Shown here piece by piece: positions 45,223 to 55,112 of a DNA stretch of 55,176 nucleotides (its first letter is position 1; every line of letters begins with the position of its first letter). This DNA is from Candidatus Omnitrophota bacterium. Lineage in GTDB: Bacteria > Omnitrophota > Gorgyraeia > Gygaellales > Profunditerraquicolaceae. The position numbers were made by a program, and so were the translations under genes. The notes beneath the pieces were generated by a model. That model worked only from the letters and a program-made list of their open reading frames with translations, was not told the DNA's origin and ran no database searches. The stretch is taken from the NCBI GenBank assembly GCA_041308845.1, contig JBFZAT010000044.1, positions 1-55,176 of the forward strand, given 5' to 3'.

Positions 45223-47424
45223 ATGAAGAAAATAATCCCGGTAATTATTTTTTTGGCGGCAATTATATATTTGTACCCGGTCAAGGCTGCTACGGTTGAG
45301 CAATATCGGCAGATTGATACCAGTCGGGGCAAGGTAATCGTCGGTTTAGATAAAGAAAAAGCTTTGGAGATGTTCGGTCCACCGGCCTCTAAAAGTGCTG
45401 GCCTTTGGTATTATGCAACGCCTCCATCTCCATTTTTTGTCAGCTTCTCTGAAACTCCGAGCATACTTTTATATCCTAATTTTTACCAGGCTACGGTGGG
45501 GATTCCTATGGAGTTTAAAGCTTTCTTAAGTTTGCCGGATTTTGAAATTAAGGAGATTACTTCAGAGGTGCAATTAATATTTGAACGTCCGGAGACCGCC
45601 CGCTTAGTCGCCCCTGGAGTGGTGGTCCCCAAAAAAGCAGGAGAGTATTCTTTGTTAGCGGTATATCAGAAGATTATGAGTAACCCGCTTTCGCTCCAGG
45701 TAAAAGAAGCTGAAAAAAGTGAAAAGAAAGAGTTAGAGAAGGAGAAGTTATTGAGCATTGACCTTTTGCCTTATCGGCCGGTAGTCTCATTGGAAGGTTC
45801 GGTGGATTTTATCGCTCTAGGCACATTTTATAGTAATGATTTGAATGAATATTCAGTCAGAGATATAAGCCAAGATGTTGACTGGTTAATGCGCCTGCGT
45901 CCGCGTTTAGGTTGGAATAGGCAAGATGGCTACCGGGTGTATTTTTCAGAACAGGGGTTAGCAGATGTTGTTTCTAAACATATGCAGATAGAAAGCTCTA
46001 ATCAGCGCGTAGAGATTAGAGACAGGGTTGATTCCGGTTTTAAAAGATTAAAACATATTCTTGTTTTACCGGAAAGCATGATAGTCCTACTGAATAATGA
46101 AATAAAGGTCAGGGTTTTTGGCACCTATGAAGATAATACCGTTTCGGAATTAACCCGGGAAGTGAAATGGAAAATATCCGACCCGGAGATATTAGCTTCA
46201 CTTAAAAACGGGAGTTTTTACACTAAGAGCGAAGGGGTAACCGAAGTAGTTGCCACTAAGGATGGTTTAGAAGGCCTACCGATTAAGGTAGCGGTAGTAA
46301 ATAAAAGCGCACATTTTCTGGATGCGGCTGCGATTTTTAATTCTATCCCCCCGGAAGCTCCCGAGCGTAATCCGCTGGAGGAAATTAAGCAGAATGTCGA
46401 TAAACTTAAAAAAGATTTCTTAATCAAGCAGAAAGAGCTGAAAGAAATTAAGATTGAACCTAATTTATTAGAGATCAGCTTAGGCGAGCAAGCCAGTTTT
46501 ACTGCTACCGGAATTTATGATGACGGCAGCACAAGTGACTTAACTGTACTGGGCAGCTGGGGCACTCTAGACCAAAACGTAGCCAGGGTATCCGCAGGCA
46601 ATGTTTCTTCTATTAGTCTGGGGCAGACCAGCGCTTATGTTGAGTATAAAGGTGTACGTAGTGAATACGCCAGTGTAATTGTAATCGAACCCAGATTAGT
46701 TTCTTTATTATTGACTCCAGATAGTCTGAGGCTTTCCCGGGATCAAAAAGCCCGCTTAAAAGTAATAGGCAATTATTATGATCAGTCAAAGCGCGACTTA
46801 ACCGAACAGGTTAGTTGGATGATTGCTCCGGCGGCGGTAGTGAGGATAGACCAAGCAATACTGAGACCGCTAAAATTTGGCCGGGCCGAAGTTTATGCAG
46901 AATATTCGAAGATTCGGAGTAATCCGGCTAGTGTCCAGGTGGTTTTGACTTTAGGTTGGTTACTTTGGTTATTAATAAAAATTAGTTTTACGTTATTTTT
47001 GTTGTTATTATTATTTATTCTAATATTATATTTGATAGCAGAACGAAAACGCAAAAAGCTGATTTCATTGAAAGATGACCCGCGGGTTTTTATCTTGGAA
47101 TTAAATGAAAATGCCAAGAAATTAATCGCTATTTTCGGACTGCGTTACGATATTTATACCTCTCCGTTATTTTTTGCCGGATTGGTCCAGCGCAAGTTTT
47201 TAGTGCCGGATAACGATTTTTTGAATTTTACGGTGAAATTTGAAGAAGCTAAGTATAGCCACCATGTTTTACAGAAAAAAGATTTAGTGTCAGCGGTCAA
47301 TGATTACAATAGATTTTTTACCGGATTATGTAAAACACAGCCCTGGGCACTTGCTTATTACCGTCAGGGATTAGCCTTGTTGCATGCTCGGCCGATTTTA
47401 TTTAAGTTAACCGACCAATTCTAA
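45223..47424 (+). CDS. Secreted/anchored protein with multiple Big_2 Ig-like domains, C-terminal TM and small C-terminal domain
   Basis: Start at ATG 45223 (signal peptide); repeated FxAxGxYxD...VxW...VA units; TM near C-terminus. Confidence 0.75.
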   Translation: MKKIIPVIIFLAAIIYLYPVKAATVEQYRQIDTSRGKVIVGLDKEKALEMFGPPASKSAGLWYYATPPSPFFVSFSETPSILLYPNFYQATVGIPMEFKAFLSLPDFEIKEITSEVQLIFERPETARLVAPGVVVPKKAGEYSLLAVYQKIMSNPLSLQVKEAEKSEKKELEKEKLLSIDLLPYRPVVSLEGSVDFIALGTFYSNDLNEYSVRDISQDVDWLMRLRPRLGWNRQDGYRVYFSEQGLADVVSKHMQIESSNQRVEIRDRVDSGFKRLKHILVLPESMIVLLNNEIKVRVFGTYEDNTVSELTREVKWKISDPEILASLKNGSFYTKSEGVTEVVATKDGLEGLPIKVAVVNKSAHFLDAAAIFNSIPPEAPERNPLEEIKQNVDKLKKDFLIKQKELKEIKIEPNLLEISLGEQASFTATGIYDDGSTSDLTVLGSWGTLDQNVARVSAGNVSSISLGQTSAYVEYKGVRSEYASVIVIEPRLVSLLLTPDSLRLSRDQKARLKVIGNYYDQSKRDLTEQVSWMIAPAAVVRIDQAILRPLKFGRAEVYAEYSKIRSNPASVQVVLTLGWLLWLLIKISFTLFLLLLLFILILYLIAERKRKKLISLKDDPRVFILELNENAKKLIAIFGLRYDIYTSPLFFAGLVQRKFLVPDNDFLNFTVKFEEAKYSHHVLQKKDLVSAVNDYNRFFTGLCKTQPWALAYYRQGLALLHARPILFKLTDQF

Positions 47425-47426
47425 CT

Positions 47427-47642
47427 ATGCAAAATCAAATATTCTTGGATAAATTGAAACGGGCTTATATGATGGAAGAGGAAATGGCGGGAATGTTTAT
47501 CGACTTATGTCAGGCCGGAGATTTACCTGCAGATTTAGCTGAATCAAAGCGTAAACGCTTAGAACAGGTTCTTTTACGGATTAAGGCTGATACGTTACGG
47601 CACAAGAAAATTCTATCGGGAATCATTGGAGAGCGCAGCTGA
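47427..47642 (+). CDS. Two-helix half-ferritin-like peptide 1
   Basis: RAYMMEEEM helix and IKADTLRH helix; translationally coupled. Confidence 0.6.
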   Translation: MQNQIFLDKLKRAYMMEEEMAGMFIDLCQAGDLPADLAESKRKRLEQVLLRIKADTLRHKKILSGIIGERS

Positions 47643-47644
47643 CT

Positions 47645-47836
47645 ATGGACCGGAAAGTGATTGCTGCTCGGTTACGCCAACTTTTAACTGCGGATAAGAA
47701 CGCCTGGGCGATTTATTCGGAATTAGCTCTCCTGGCTCCTGAGCCTAAATTGCGCGCGGTATTTCTTGGCCTGGCTGAAGAAGAAAAGCATCATACAGTT
47801 CTGGATGAAGAGATGCTGATACTTTTGGAGAGTTAA
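47645..47836 (+). CDS. Two-helix half-ferritin/rubrerythrin-like peptide 2
   Basis: AWAIYSELA...LRAVFLGLAEEEKHH (ExxH). Confidence 0.65.
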   Translation: MDRKVIAARLRQLLTADKNAWAIYSELALLAPEPKLRAVFLGLAEEEKHHTVLDEEMLILLES

Positions 47837-47838
47837 GG

Positions 47839-49179
47839 GTGGCTGGGCAAAAACGCTTAATTGAATGGTCTAAATTAATAGAAGTTTATATCCTGCTTTT
47901 GGTTATTCCCTGTATAATTTTTTATTACCTGGGGTTACATTATCCGGCTTTTTTGAAATTTTCGTATTATTTCGTATTGTCTCTTTTTATTTGTCAGGCT
48001 GCTCTTTCTTATATTTATTCTGCCAGCGCATTTAAGCGGAAAAGATTCAAGTCTCTGCCTACGGCTAAACATGAGCGGGTACCGAAAACTACATTTGTTG
48101 TCAGCGCTTATCTTCCTAATGAAGCAGAAGTTATTGAAGATACCCTGGTGAATATCCTAGAGAATGTTTTACGCCCAGCGGATGGGATCGAAGTAATTTT
48201 AGCTTATAATACTCCGCTGATGGAGCCGTTGGAGCTGCGTTTGCGGGCTCTGGCCTACAAGTGGCCGGAGCTTATTCTAGCCAATGCTTACGGTTCTAAG
48301 AGTAAAAGCCAGAATTTAAATTATGCCCTTGAGGTAGCCAGCGGCGAAATGATTGTTTTGCTAGATGCCGACCATTTAGTTTCCGCCGGTTGTCTATCTT
48401 GCGCCTGGCGTTGGTTGGATGAAGGTTATGATATTGTTCAGGGCCGGTGTAAGATTCGCAACGGTAGAAATAGCCTGGTCGCGGCTTTAGTGGAGGTAGA
48501 ATTCGAAGCGATTTACGGAGTAAGCCATTATGCTAAATCTAAACTTTTTGACTCAGCGCTTTTCGGTGGAACTAACGGTTATTGGCGTAGTTCGGTAATT
48601 AAAAAAATTCAGTTTAAAGAAGATCGGTTGACTGAAGATATTGATGCAACTTTAAGGGCGATTTTGGCCGGTTATCGGATTGTCCATGATCGTTCGATTG
48701 TTTCTTCTGAGTTGGCTCCTCAGACTTGGAGCGGCCTCTGGTTTCAGCGCAAGCGTTGGGCTCAGGGCTGGTTTCAATGTTCCATGCAGCATCAATGGCC
48801 GATATTTAGGAGTAGATATCTTAATATTTATCAAAAATTTATGTGGACAACGCTGCTGGTTTGGCGGGTAATTTATGATGTTTTAGGGCATTTACTCTTA
48901 CCGATTGTGATTGCTTTTTGGATTTCTCGCGGCAGAATAGTCCTACCGATGAATAACTTTATCTGGTTTGCTTTATTTTTTACTTTGCTCAGCGGCCCTT
49001 TTGAAGCGGCGGTTGCCTATAAAAATTCTTTTTTACCTCGGGCACCGGTTAGTTCTTTTTTGTTCTATGCTTTTTTTACTTTTCCTTATACGATGTTTAA
49101 AAATTCAATCCAAGTCGTAGCTATTCGCGATGAGTTGTTGGGACTGCGGGAGTGGGTAGTTTCATCAAGAAAAAGATGA
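47839..49179 (+). CDS. Processive GT2 polysaccharide synthase (cellulose synthase/PgaC-like)
   Basis: LLDADH (DxD), LTEDI (TED), QRKRW (QxxRW); N- and C-terminal TMs; no PilZ. Confidence 0.88.
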   Translation: MAGQKRLIEWSKLIEVYILLLVIPCIIFYYLGLHYPAFLKFSYYFVLSLFICQAALSYIYSASAFKRKRFKSLPTAKHERVPKTTFVVSAYLPNEAEVIEDTLVNILENVLRPADGIEVILAYNTPLMEPLELRLRALAYKWPELILANAYGSKSKSQNLNYALEVASGEMIVLLDADHLVSAGCLSCAWRWLDEGYDIVQGRCKIRNGRNSLVAALVEVEFEAIYGVSHYAKSKLFDSALFGGTNGYWRSSVIKKIQFKEDRLTEDIDATLRAILAGYRIVHDRSIVSSELAPQTWSGLWFQRKRWAQGWFQCSMQHQWPIFRSRYLNIYQKFMWTTLLVWRVIYDVLGHLLLPIVIAFWISRGRIVLPMNNFIWFALFFTLLSGPFEAAVAYKNSFLPRAPVSSFLFYAFFTFPYTMFKNSIQVVAIRDELLGLREWVVSSRKR

Positions 49180-50861
49180 TTAAATATTGCCTTCGATTTA
49201 CACTTATATTTCTATCCGTTTTATCGATTACGGTTACTGCTTTTGCGGATGAAGCTTTTGATCTCCAACTTAGTCAGGCCCGTAGTTTAGTAGAACAAAA
49301 ATCTTACGCATCGGCTTTACAGGTTTACTCCGGTATTAGCTCGCAACTGTATAATGACCCGGGTTTGATTATTGAATGGGCCCGTGTTTATACCTACAAC
49401 AATCAGCATATAGAAGCGATTAAACTTTTTGAGCAGATTCGCCAGGCTTATCCACAAGAAGCTAGCCCAATATTACGAGAATTGGCTGATCAGTATCGCT
49501 GGAGCGGCCAGGTTTTTAAAGCCCTGGAAATTTATAAGGAACTGCTGAAACTTGAACCGGATAATACCGAGGCTTTACTGGGCAAGGCGGAAATTTTAAG
49601 TTTTCAGGATAAACTCGAAGAAGCTTATGTTTTATACCAATCGGTCTTGGATAAAAATTCGGGAAATCTTAATGCACTTAATGCTCAAGCTAAGATTTTA
49701 GTTTGGCAGGGATACCATCGTCAGGGGCTTAGCCGGTATGAAGAGGTGCTTAATCTTGATCCCAGGAATCCCGACGCTTTGGAAGGGATGGCTTTTGCTT
49801 GGCATTGGCTGGGTAATGATGCGAATGCTTTGGATAAACTTAATCAGCTTTTAGAGTTTGAGCCTAGTCGGCAAGCGGCTACTGAATTGTACGCCCGGAT
49901 TAAAGGTTCTGGCCATCCTTTTGTTAAAAAAAGCGTCAGCTTCACTAATGATAGCACTCCGCAGACCGTAGTAGCAGGATCTTGGCGCTCTGGTGCGCAT
50001 TTGAATAATTTGACCTCGATTGATGTTTTTTATGAACATCAAGATTTAAACAAAAAAGGGGCATTGGTCTCCAGATTATCTGCGCATCGGCAGGGTTTAG
50101 GTTTAAACAGTGTTTTTGGTTCAGCTTATGAATTTCATGTCTTTCTTTACGAGTCTCAATATAATAAAGTCGATTTTCATCCATTAACCACAAACACCTG
50201 GCTTACTTACAGGCCCGATGACTATTGGCGTTTTGATTTAGCTTATGAACGGGAAACATTCCAGGATAATGATGCTTTATTTTATAAAATTATCACTGAT
50301 AGTCCATCAATCTCCGTGGATTTTAAGCCGAACCGTTTTTGGTTCTTTAATTTAAAATATAAACGTAGCTATTTTAACGATGATAACCGCCAAGATCAAA
50401 TTTTTACTAAAATTGAATATCGCTTTTCACATAAGCCGTTTATTAAGTTATACTATAATTATTATTATTCAGGATGGAGTGAGCCGGAGTTGGACCATGG
50501 ATATTTCAACCCGCGTAGCCTGCGCGCACATAGTTTAGGCGCCTATACCGGTTTAGAAATTACCCCAAGATTGTTTTTTGAAGCCAAGGCTTCCGGTGGT
50601 TATGAATTTCAGCGCCAGCCAGATAATCAGCATAAAAAATCAGACCATCCGACTGCTTATATTGCGGCCAGCTTTAATTATCGCTTAGGGCGCAATTGGC
50701 TTATTTCTGCTTTTGGTGATTTTTTTACTACCTGGCCAGATCATGGCCAGCGTTCCTACCAGAAAAGAGGGGCTTATCTTAGTCTGACTTACAACTTCGG
50801 AGCCGCTCCGCTTTTGTCGGGCAATACCACTTTGCCCTACCGGAGCACGGGGACTGATTAA
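49176..50861 (+). CDS. TPR-repeat plus C-terminal beta-barrel outer-membrane protein (PgaA/BcsC/YaiO-like)
   Basis: Signal peptide; several TPRs (YKELLKLEPDNTEALLGKA); GYFNPR; ATGA overlap with GT2 stop. Confidence 0.8.
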   Translation: MIKYCLRFTLIFLSVLSITVTAFADEAFDLQLSQARSLVEQKSYASALQVYSGISSQLYNDPGLIIEWARVYTYNNQHIEAIKLFEQIRQAYPQEASPILRELADQYRWSGQVFKALEIYKELLKLEPDNTEALLGKAEILSFQDKLEEAYVLYQSVLDKNSGNLNALNAQAKILVWQGYHRQGLSRYEEVLNLDPRNPDALEGMAFAWHWLGNDANALDKLNQLLEFEPSRQAATELYARIKGSGHPFVKKSVSFTNDSTPQTVVAGSWRSGAHLNNLTSIDVFYEHQDLNKKGALVSRLSAHRQGLGLNSVFGSAYEFHVFLYESQYNKVDFHPLTTNTWLTYRPDDYWRFDLAYERETFQDNDALFYKIITDSPSISVDFKPNRFWFFNLKYKRSYFNDDNRQDQIFTKIEYRFSHKPFIKLYYNYYYSGWSEPELDHGYFNPRSLRAHSLGAYTGLEITPRLFFEAKASGGYEFQRQPDNQHKKSDHPTAYIAASFNYRLGRNWLISAFGDFFTTWPDHGQRSYQKRGAYLSLTYNFGAAPLLSGNTTLPYRSTGTD

Positions 50862-50905
50862 CAGAATAACAAGTATTCTATTTTTACCATTTATTTTTTA
50901 TCTAA

Positions 50906-52471
50906 ATGATCAATAAAATCGAAAAACTCGATAATTTAAAATATTCTGCCCATGAAATCCAGGAATGTATTAATTTATTGAAAGATTTAGTCGCCGATAG
51001 CCAGCAGTTGGCTTTTTTAAGCAGAGAGCAAAGGATTGAGCTGATCACGGTAACCGGACAACTCTCCCGGCCCAACCGGGAGGAGATTAGGAAGCGTAAA
51101 AGGGATTGCCAGCGGCTTAAAAAACAAAAGATTAATAGTTATGAGCGTATTATCCGCGCCTCTACCGGTATTCGTAGCGCCCGACTGTCGACGGTATTCT
51201 CTGCTCCCGGACAGATTAGCGGTGTTGAGCTGGATGCGCAGCCGCAGCCGGAGTTGCTTATTCCCCGAGCTTGTTATATCTGTAAAGATGAATTTAAAAG
51301 GGTGCATTTTTTTTATGATGCTTTATGTCCGCGCTGTGCAGAGTTTAATTATCAAAAACGCTTCCAAACCGCTTCGCTTGACGGACAGGTAGCTTTGATC
51401 ACCGGTTCACGCTTGAAGATCGGTTATCAGGCAGCGCTGATGATGTTGCGGGCCGGGGCCAGAGTAATCGCTACTACGCGTTTTCCGGTGGATTCTGCCT
51501 TGCGTTATAGCCGGGAAACAGATTTTAAGCAATGGAGCAAGCGCCTGCATATCTATGGGCTGGATTTACGTCATACCCCGAGTGTAGAAATTTTCTGCAA
51601 TTTTATCAGCCAGAAATATGAGCGTTTGGATATTTTAATCAATAACGCCGCCCAGACGGTCAGGCGCCCACCGGGATTCTACGCGCATTTAATGGATAAT
51701 GAGAATATAAAATTCGCTGATTTACCGCCAGCGGCGCGTTTATTATTAGAGGGGTATCAGGAGTGTAAACAAAAAATCTTAAGCGCGGGTAGTAATTCAG
51801 CCACTGCCGTATCGGCAGACCTGCAGCTGCCTATCGGTTGGCATCAAAGGGGTCCGGGTGTTGGCCTGCTGGCTTCGGCACGACTTTCCCAGATCCCTTA
51901 TGTTTATGACCATGCTTTACCGGCGGAGAAAGTTTTTCCTCAAGGTAAGTTAGATGCCGATTTACAGCAGATAGATTTACGTCAAGTCAATAGTTGGAGG
52001 CTTTGTTTAGGCCAAGTTCCTACTGCCGAAATGATTGAAATCCAGTTAGTTAACGCCATCGCTCCTTTTGTACTATGTAATAAATTATTGACTTTAATGA
52101 AACGTCAAAATACCGGGCAGAAACATATTGTTAATGTTTCTGCCATGGAGGGTAAGTTCACTCGCTATATTAAGACTGAGCGCCATCCGCACACCAATAT
52201 GGCTAAAGCGGCCTTGAACATGTTAACACATACTTCAGCCAGCGATTTGGCTAAATGCGGAATTTTTATGAATTCGGTGGATACCGGCTGGGTAACGGAT
52301 GAAGATCCAGCCGCCCTTTCTTTGCGTAAACAGCAATGGCATGATTTCCAGCCGCCCTTAGATATCGTCGATGGGGCAGCTAGAGTCTGCGATCCGTTCT
52401 TTGACGGGATCAATACCGGCAAGCATTGGTGCGGTAAGTTCTTGAAAGACTATTTTCCGGTAGCTTGGTAA
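50906..52471 (+). CDS. SDR family oxidoreductase with extended Cys-containing N-terminus
   Basis: [41 protein letters not shown]; CYIC...LCPRC. Confidence 0.85.
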   Translation: MINKIEKLDNLKYSAHEIQECINLLKDLVADSQQLAFLSREQRIELITVTGQLSRPNREEIRKRKRDCQRLKKQKINSYERIIRASTGIRSARLSTVFSAPGQISGVELDAQPQPELLIPRACYICKDEFKRVHFFYDALCPRCAEFNYQKRFQTASLDGQVALITGSRLKIGYQAALMMLRAGARVIATTRFPVDSALRYSRETDFKQWSKRLHIYGLDLRHTPSVEIFCNFISQKYERLDILINNAAQTVRRPPGFYAHLMDNENIKFADLPPAARLLLEGYQECKQKILSAGSNSATAVSADLQLPIGWHQRGPGVGLLASARLSQIPYVYDHALPAEKVFPQGKLDADLQQIDLRQVNSWRLCLGQVPTAEMIEIQLVNAIAPFVLCNKLLTLMKRQNTGQKHIVNVSAMEGKFTRYIKTERHPHTNMAKAALNMLTHTSASDLAKCGIFMNSVDTGWVTDEDPAALSLRKQQWHDFQPPLDIVDGAARVCDPFFDGINTGKHWCGKFLKDYFPVAW

Positions 52472-52594
52472 GGCTAGAATATCCTTGATATAAACCCAGA
52501 TTAATATATAATAATTAAAGATCAGTTAACTCTTCTTAATTTTAGGAATTTGACCTCACCGGTTTTTGTAAACTAATTCCCGACAGAAAGAATA

Positions 52595-53680
52595 TTGATG
52601 AAAACCGAATTACAAAATTTATGTATTGGAGATTTAAAGATCCGGCTGCCGATTATTCAAGGAGGTATGGGGGTGCGGGTCTCTAACTCATCCTTGGTAG
52701 CTGCGGTATCCAATGAAGGTGCGTTGGGAGTAATTGCGGCTGTGGGATTAGGAGAGGAGGTAGAAAATAAAGAATTGGGGTATCTTGAGCGTTCCCGTTT
52801 ATCTTTTACCGAGAGTATCCGCCGCACCCGGCAAAAAACTAAAAATCCTTTTGGCGTTAATATAATGTGTGTTTTGACTAATTATGAAGACTTAGTTAAT
52901 GTCGCCCAGCAGGAATCTGTAGACGTAATTATTTCGGGGGCGGGATTACCGTTGAGACTACCTTCTTTGATCAAAAATAATAAAACTAAATTGATTCCGA
53001 TTGTTTCCAGCGCCCGGGCGGCTCGTATTATTTGTAGTACTTGGCAGAGAAGATATAAGCGCCTTCCGGATGCCTTGATTGTAGAAGGGCCTTTAGCCGG
53101 AGGGCATTTAGGATATAGTTTAGCTGAACTGGAAGATAAAGAAAATTTTTCTCTGGAAAATATCCTGGTAGAAGTAATTAATGTCGTGCAAGGTTTCCAA
53201 AGCAAAACCATTAAGATCCCGGTGATTGCTGCCGGAGGAATTTTCGACGGTAAAGATATCGCTAAGTTTATGCGTTTAGGGGCCAGTGGAGTGCAAATGG
53301 GGACGCGTTTTGTTTGTACGCATGAATGCGACGTGGATTTAGCCTATAAAGAAACATATTTATCCGCTAAACCCGAGGATATTGTAGTGATCCAGAGTCC
53401 GGTGGGGTTGCCGGGCAGAGTTATCCGCAATGATTTTGTTAAACGGATTATTCTGGGCGAACGGATGGATTTTAATTGCCAGTATCATTGTTTATATACT
53501 TGTGATCCTAAAAAAGTTAATTATTGTATCGCTAAAGCCCTGTTAAATGCTTCCCGCGGCCAATTAGATAAGGGTTTTGCTATGTGTGGAAGTAATGCTC
53601 ACCGCATTCAAAAGTTAGTTTCGGTAAAAGAATTGATCACCGAGCTGGTTACCGGCGCCCAGGCAGCTTTAAATTCCTGA
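52595..53680 (+). CDS. Nitronate monooxygenase/FabK-like flavoenzyme
   Basis: PIIQGGMGV, VEGPLAGGHLG, IAAGGIFDG, GVQMGTRF. Confidence 0.9.
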   Translation: MMKTELQNLCIGDLKIRLPIIQGGMGVRVSNSSLVAAVSNEGALGVIAAVGLGEEVENKELGYLERSRLSFTESIRRTRQKTKNPFGVNIMCVLTNYEDLVNVAQQESVDVIISGAGLPLRLPSLIKNNKTKLIPIVSSARAARIICSTWQRRYKRLPDALIVEGPLAGGHLGYSLAELEDKENFSLENILVEVINVVQGFQSKTIKIPVIAAGGIFDGKDIAKFMRLGASGVQMGTRFVCTHECDVDLAYKETYLSAKPEDIVVIQSPVGLPGRVIRNDFVKRIILGERMDFNCQYHCLYTCDPKKVNYCIAKALLNASRGQLDKGFAMCGSNAHRIQKLVSVKELITELVTGAQAALNS

Positions 53681-53917
53681 AACTCAAATTTAAAACTCTT
53701 CTGATTAAAGCAACTCCTATTCTTCTGTTCGTTAAGCCTAATTTCATAGAATTAGTCTAAGTAGCTTATTTTATAAATGCTGGTTTATGTTCCTGCAATC
53801 TTTTATAGCAATCTTATAAAGTTGCTTTATAATACATTTAGGAAGTAAACTAAATATGGCGGCGCTGGAGCTCATCGCAACATGGCGATATGAATAATAT
53901 GCAGCCGCATTAAATCC

Positions 53918-55036
53918 ATGCAGGTATACACTCAATTTGAAAATAAGCCTTTTTTATTCCAGGATCCGGAATTTATAATTTCTTGTTCTGACCCAGCTTT
54001 ATTTAAATCTGTCTTTGGAGATATCGAGCGGGCGCTTAGTCGAGGGTATTACTTAGCCGGGTTTTTATCTTATGAAGCAGGATATTGTTTCGAGGAAAAA
54101 TTATTTCAGGCCTGTAAGTATGATTTCCCGCTTATTCATCTGGGCGCCTATAAAAGTGTAGGCCGGTATAAGCTCAGCGCACCGGCAGGGGAGTACCGCA
54201 TAGCTAACCTGCGTTTGAATTTGGATCAGAAACAGTATGCGTCAAATATTAATACTATCCGTGATTATATTGCACAGGGCGAGGTTTATCAAATTACCTA
54301 TTGCCTGAAACTGCTGTTTGAATTTTACGGCGATCCGCTTACACTGTATTATCAACTTTTAAAGCAGCAACCGGTGCCCTATCCTGCTTATCTGGAAACT
54401 GAAAAATTCCGGATTCTTTCTTTATCTCCGGAATTATTTATTAAAAAACAATCTACGCATTTAATTACTAAGCCGATGAAAGGCACTTGGCCGCGGGGTA
54501 ATAATCTAGTTTCCGATCTATTAGCGCCGTTGCGCCTTAAGTATGACCGAAAAAACCGGGCAGAAAACGTTATGATTGCTGATCTTTTAAGAAATGATTT
54601 AGGGAGGTTTGGTGCCGGGATCAAAGCTCCTACGCTGTTTGAGGTAGCCAGATATAGAACTCTTTGTCAGATGACTTCTACGGTAACGGCTAAAGTTAAG
54701 CCGGATATTTCGATCTACGATCTTTTTGCCGGGATTTTTCCTTCGGGGTCGGTCACCGGAGCTCCGAAAATCCGTTCTATGGAGATAATCAATAAGCTAG
54801 AGCAAGATCACCGTAAAATTTATACCGGAGCTATCGGTTTTATCGCTCCGGATAAAGACATGTTCTTTAATATTCCGATCCGTACACTTTTAATTCCTGT
54901 ATCTGGTTATTCGGCCGAAATGGGTATTGGAGGAGGGATTGTATGGGATTCTACTCCGCAAGGGGAATGGAATGAAGGGCTGCTCAAGGCCAAATTCCTT
55001 ACCGAACTGGCGGGAAAACCTTTCAAACCAGATTAA
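53918..55036 (+). CDS. pabB: Aminodeoxychorismate synthase component I (chorismate-binding, short form)
   Basis: FLSYEAG, GEVYQI, SLSPELF, KPMKGT, NVMIADLLRNDLG, FPSGSVTGAPK, GIGGGIVWDS. Confidence 0.85.
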   Translation: MQVYTQFENKPFLFQDPEFIISCSDPALFKSVFGDIERALSRGYYLAGFLSYEAGYCFEEKLFQACKYDFPLIHLGAYKSVGRYKLSAPAGEYRIANLRLNLDQKQYASNINTIRDYIAQGEVYQITYCLKLLFEFYGDPLTLYYQLLKQQPVPYPAYLETEKFRILSLSPELFIKKQSTHLITKPMKGTWPRGNNLVSDLLAPLRLKYDRKNRAENVMIADLLRNDLGRFGAGIKAPTLFEVARYRTLCQMTSTVTAKVKPDISIYDLFAGIFPSGSVTGAPKIRSMEIINKLEQDHRKIYTGAIGFIAPDKDMFFNIPIRTLLIPVSGYSAEMGIGGGIVWDSTPQGEWNEGLLKAKFLTELAGKPFKPD

Positions 55037-55084
55037 GACCCAGAATTCATCGGTTACAATTTAAAAACAGTGATTAAATTGTAT

Positions 55085-55112
55085 TTGACAAACTGGGTAA
55101 ACAGAGTATAAT
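55085..55112 (+). promoter_or_regulatory. Consensus sigma70 promoter for a gene beyond the window
   Basis: TTGACA-N16-TATAAT. Confidence 0.75.

Noticed and set aside
666-54624. The many 60-150 aa ORFs nested in or antisense to long genes
   Set aside because: All overlap well-supported genes and show no motifs, so they are treated as chance frames.
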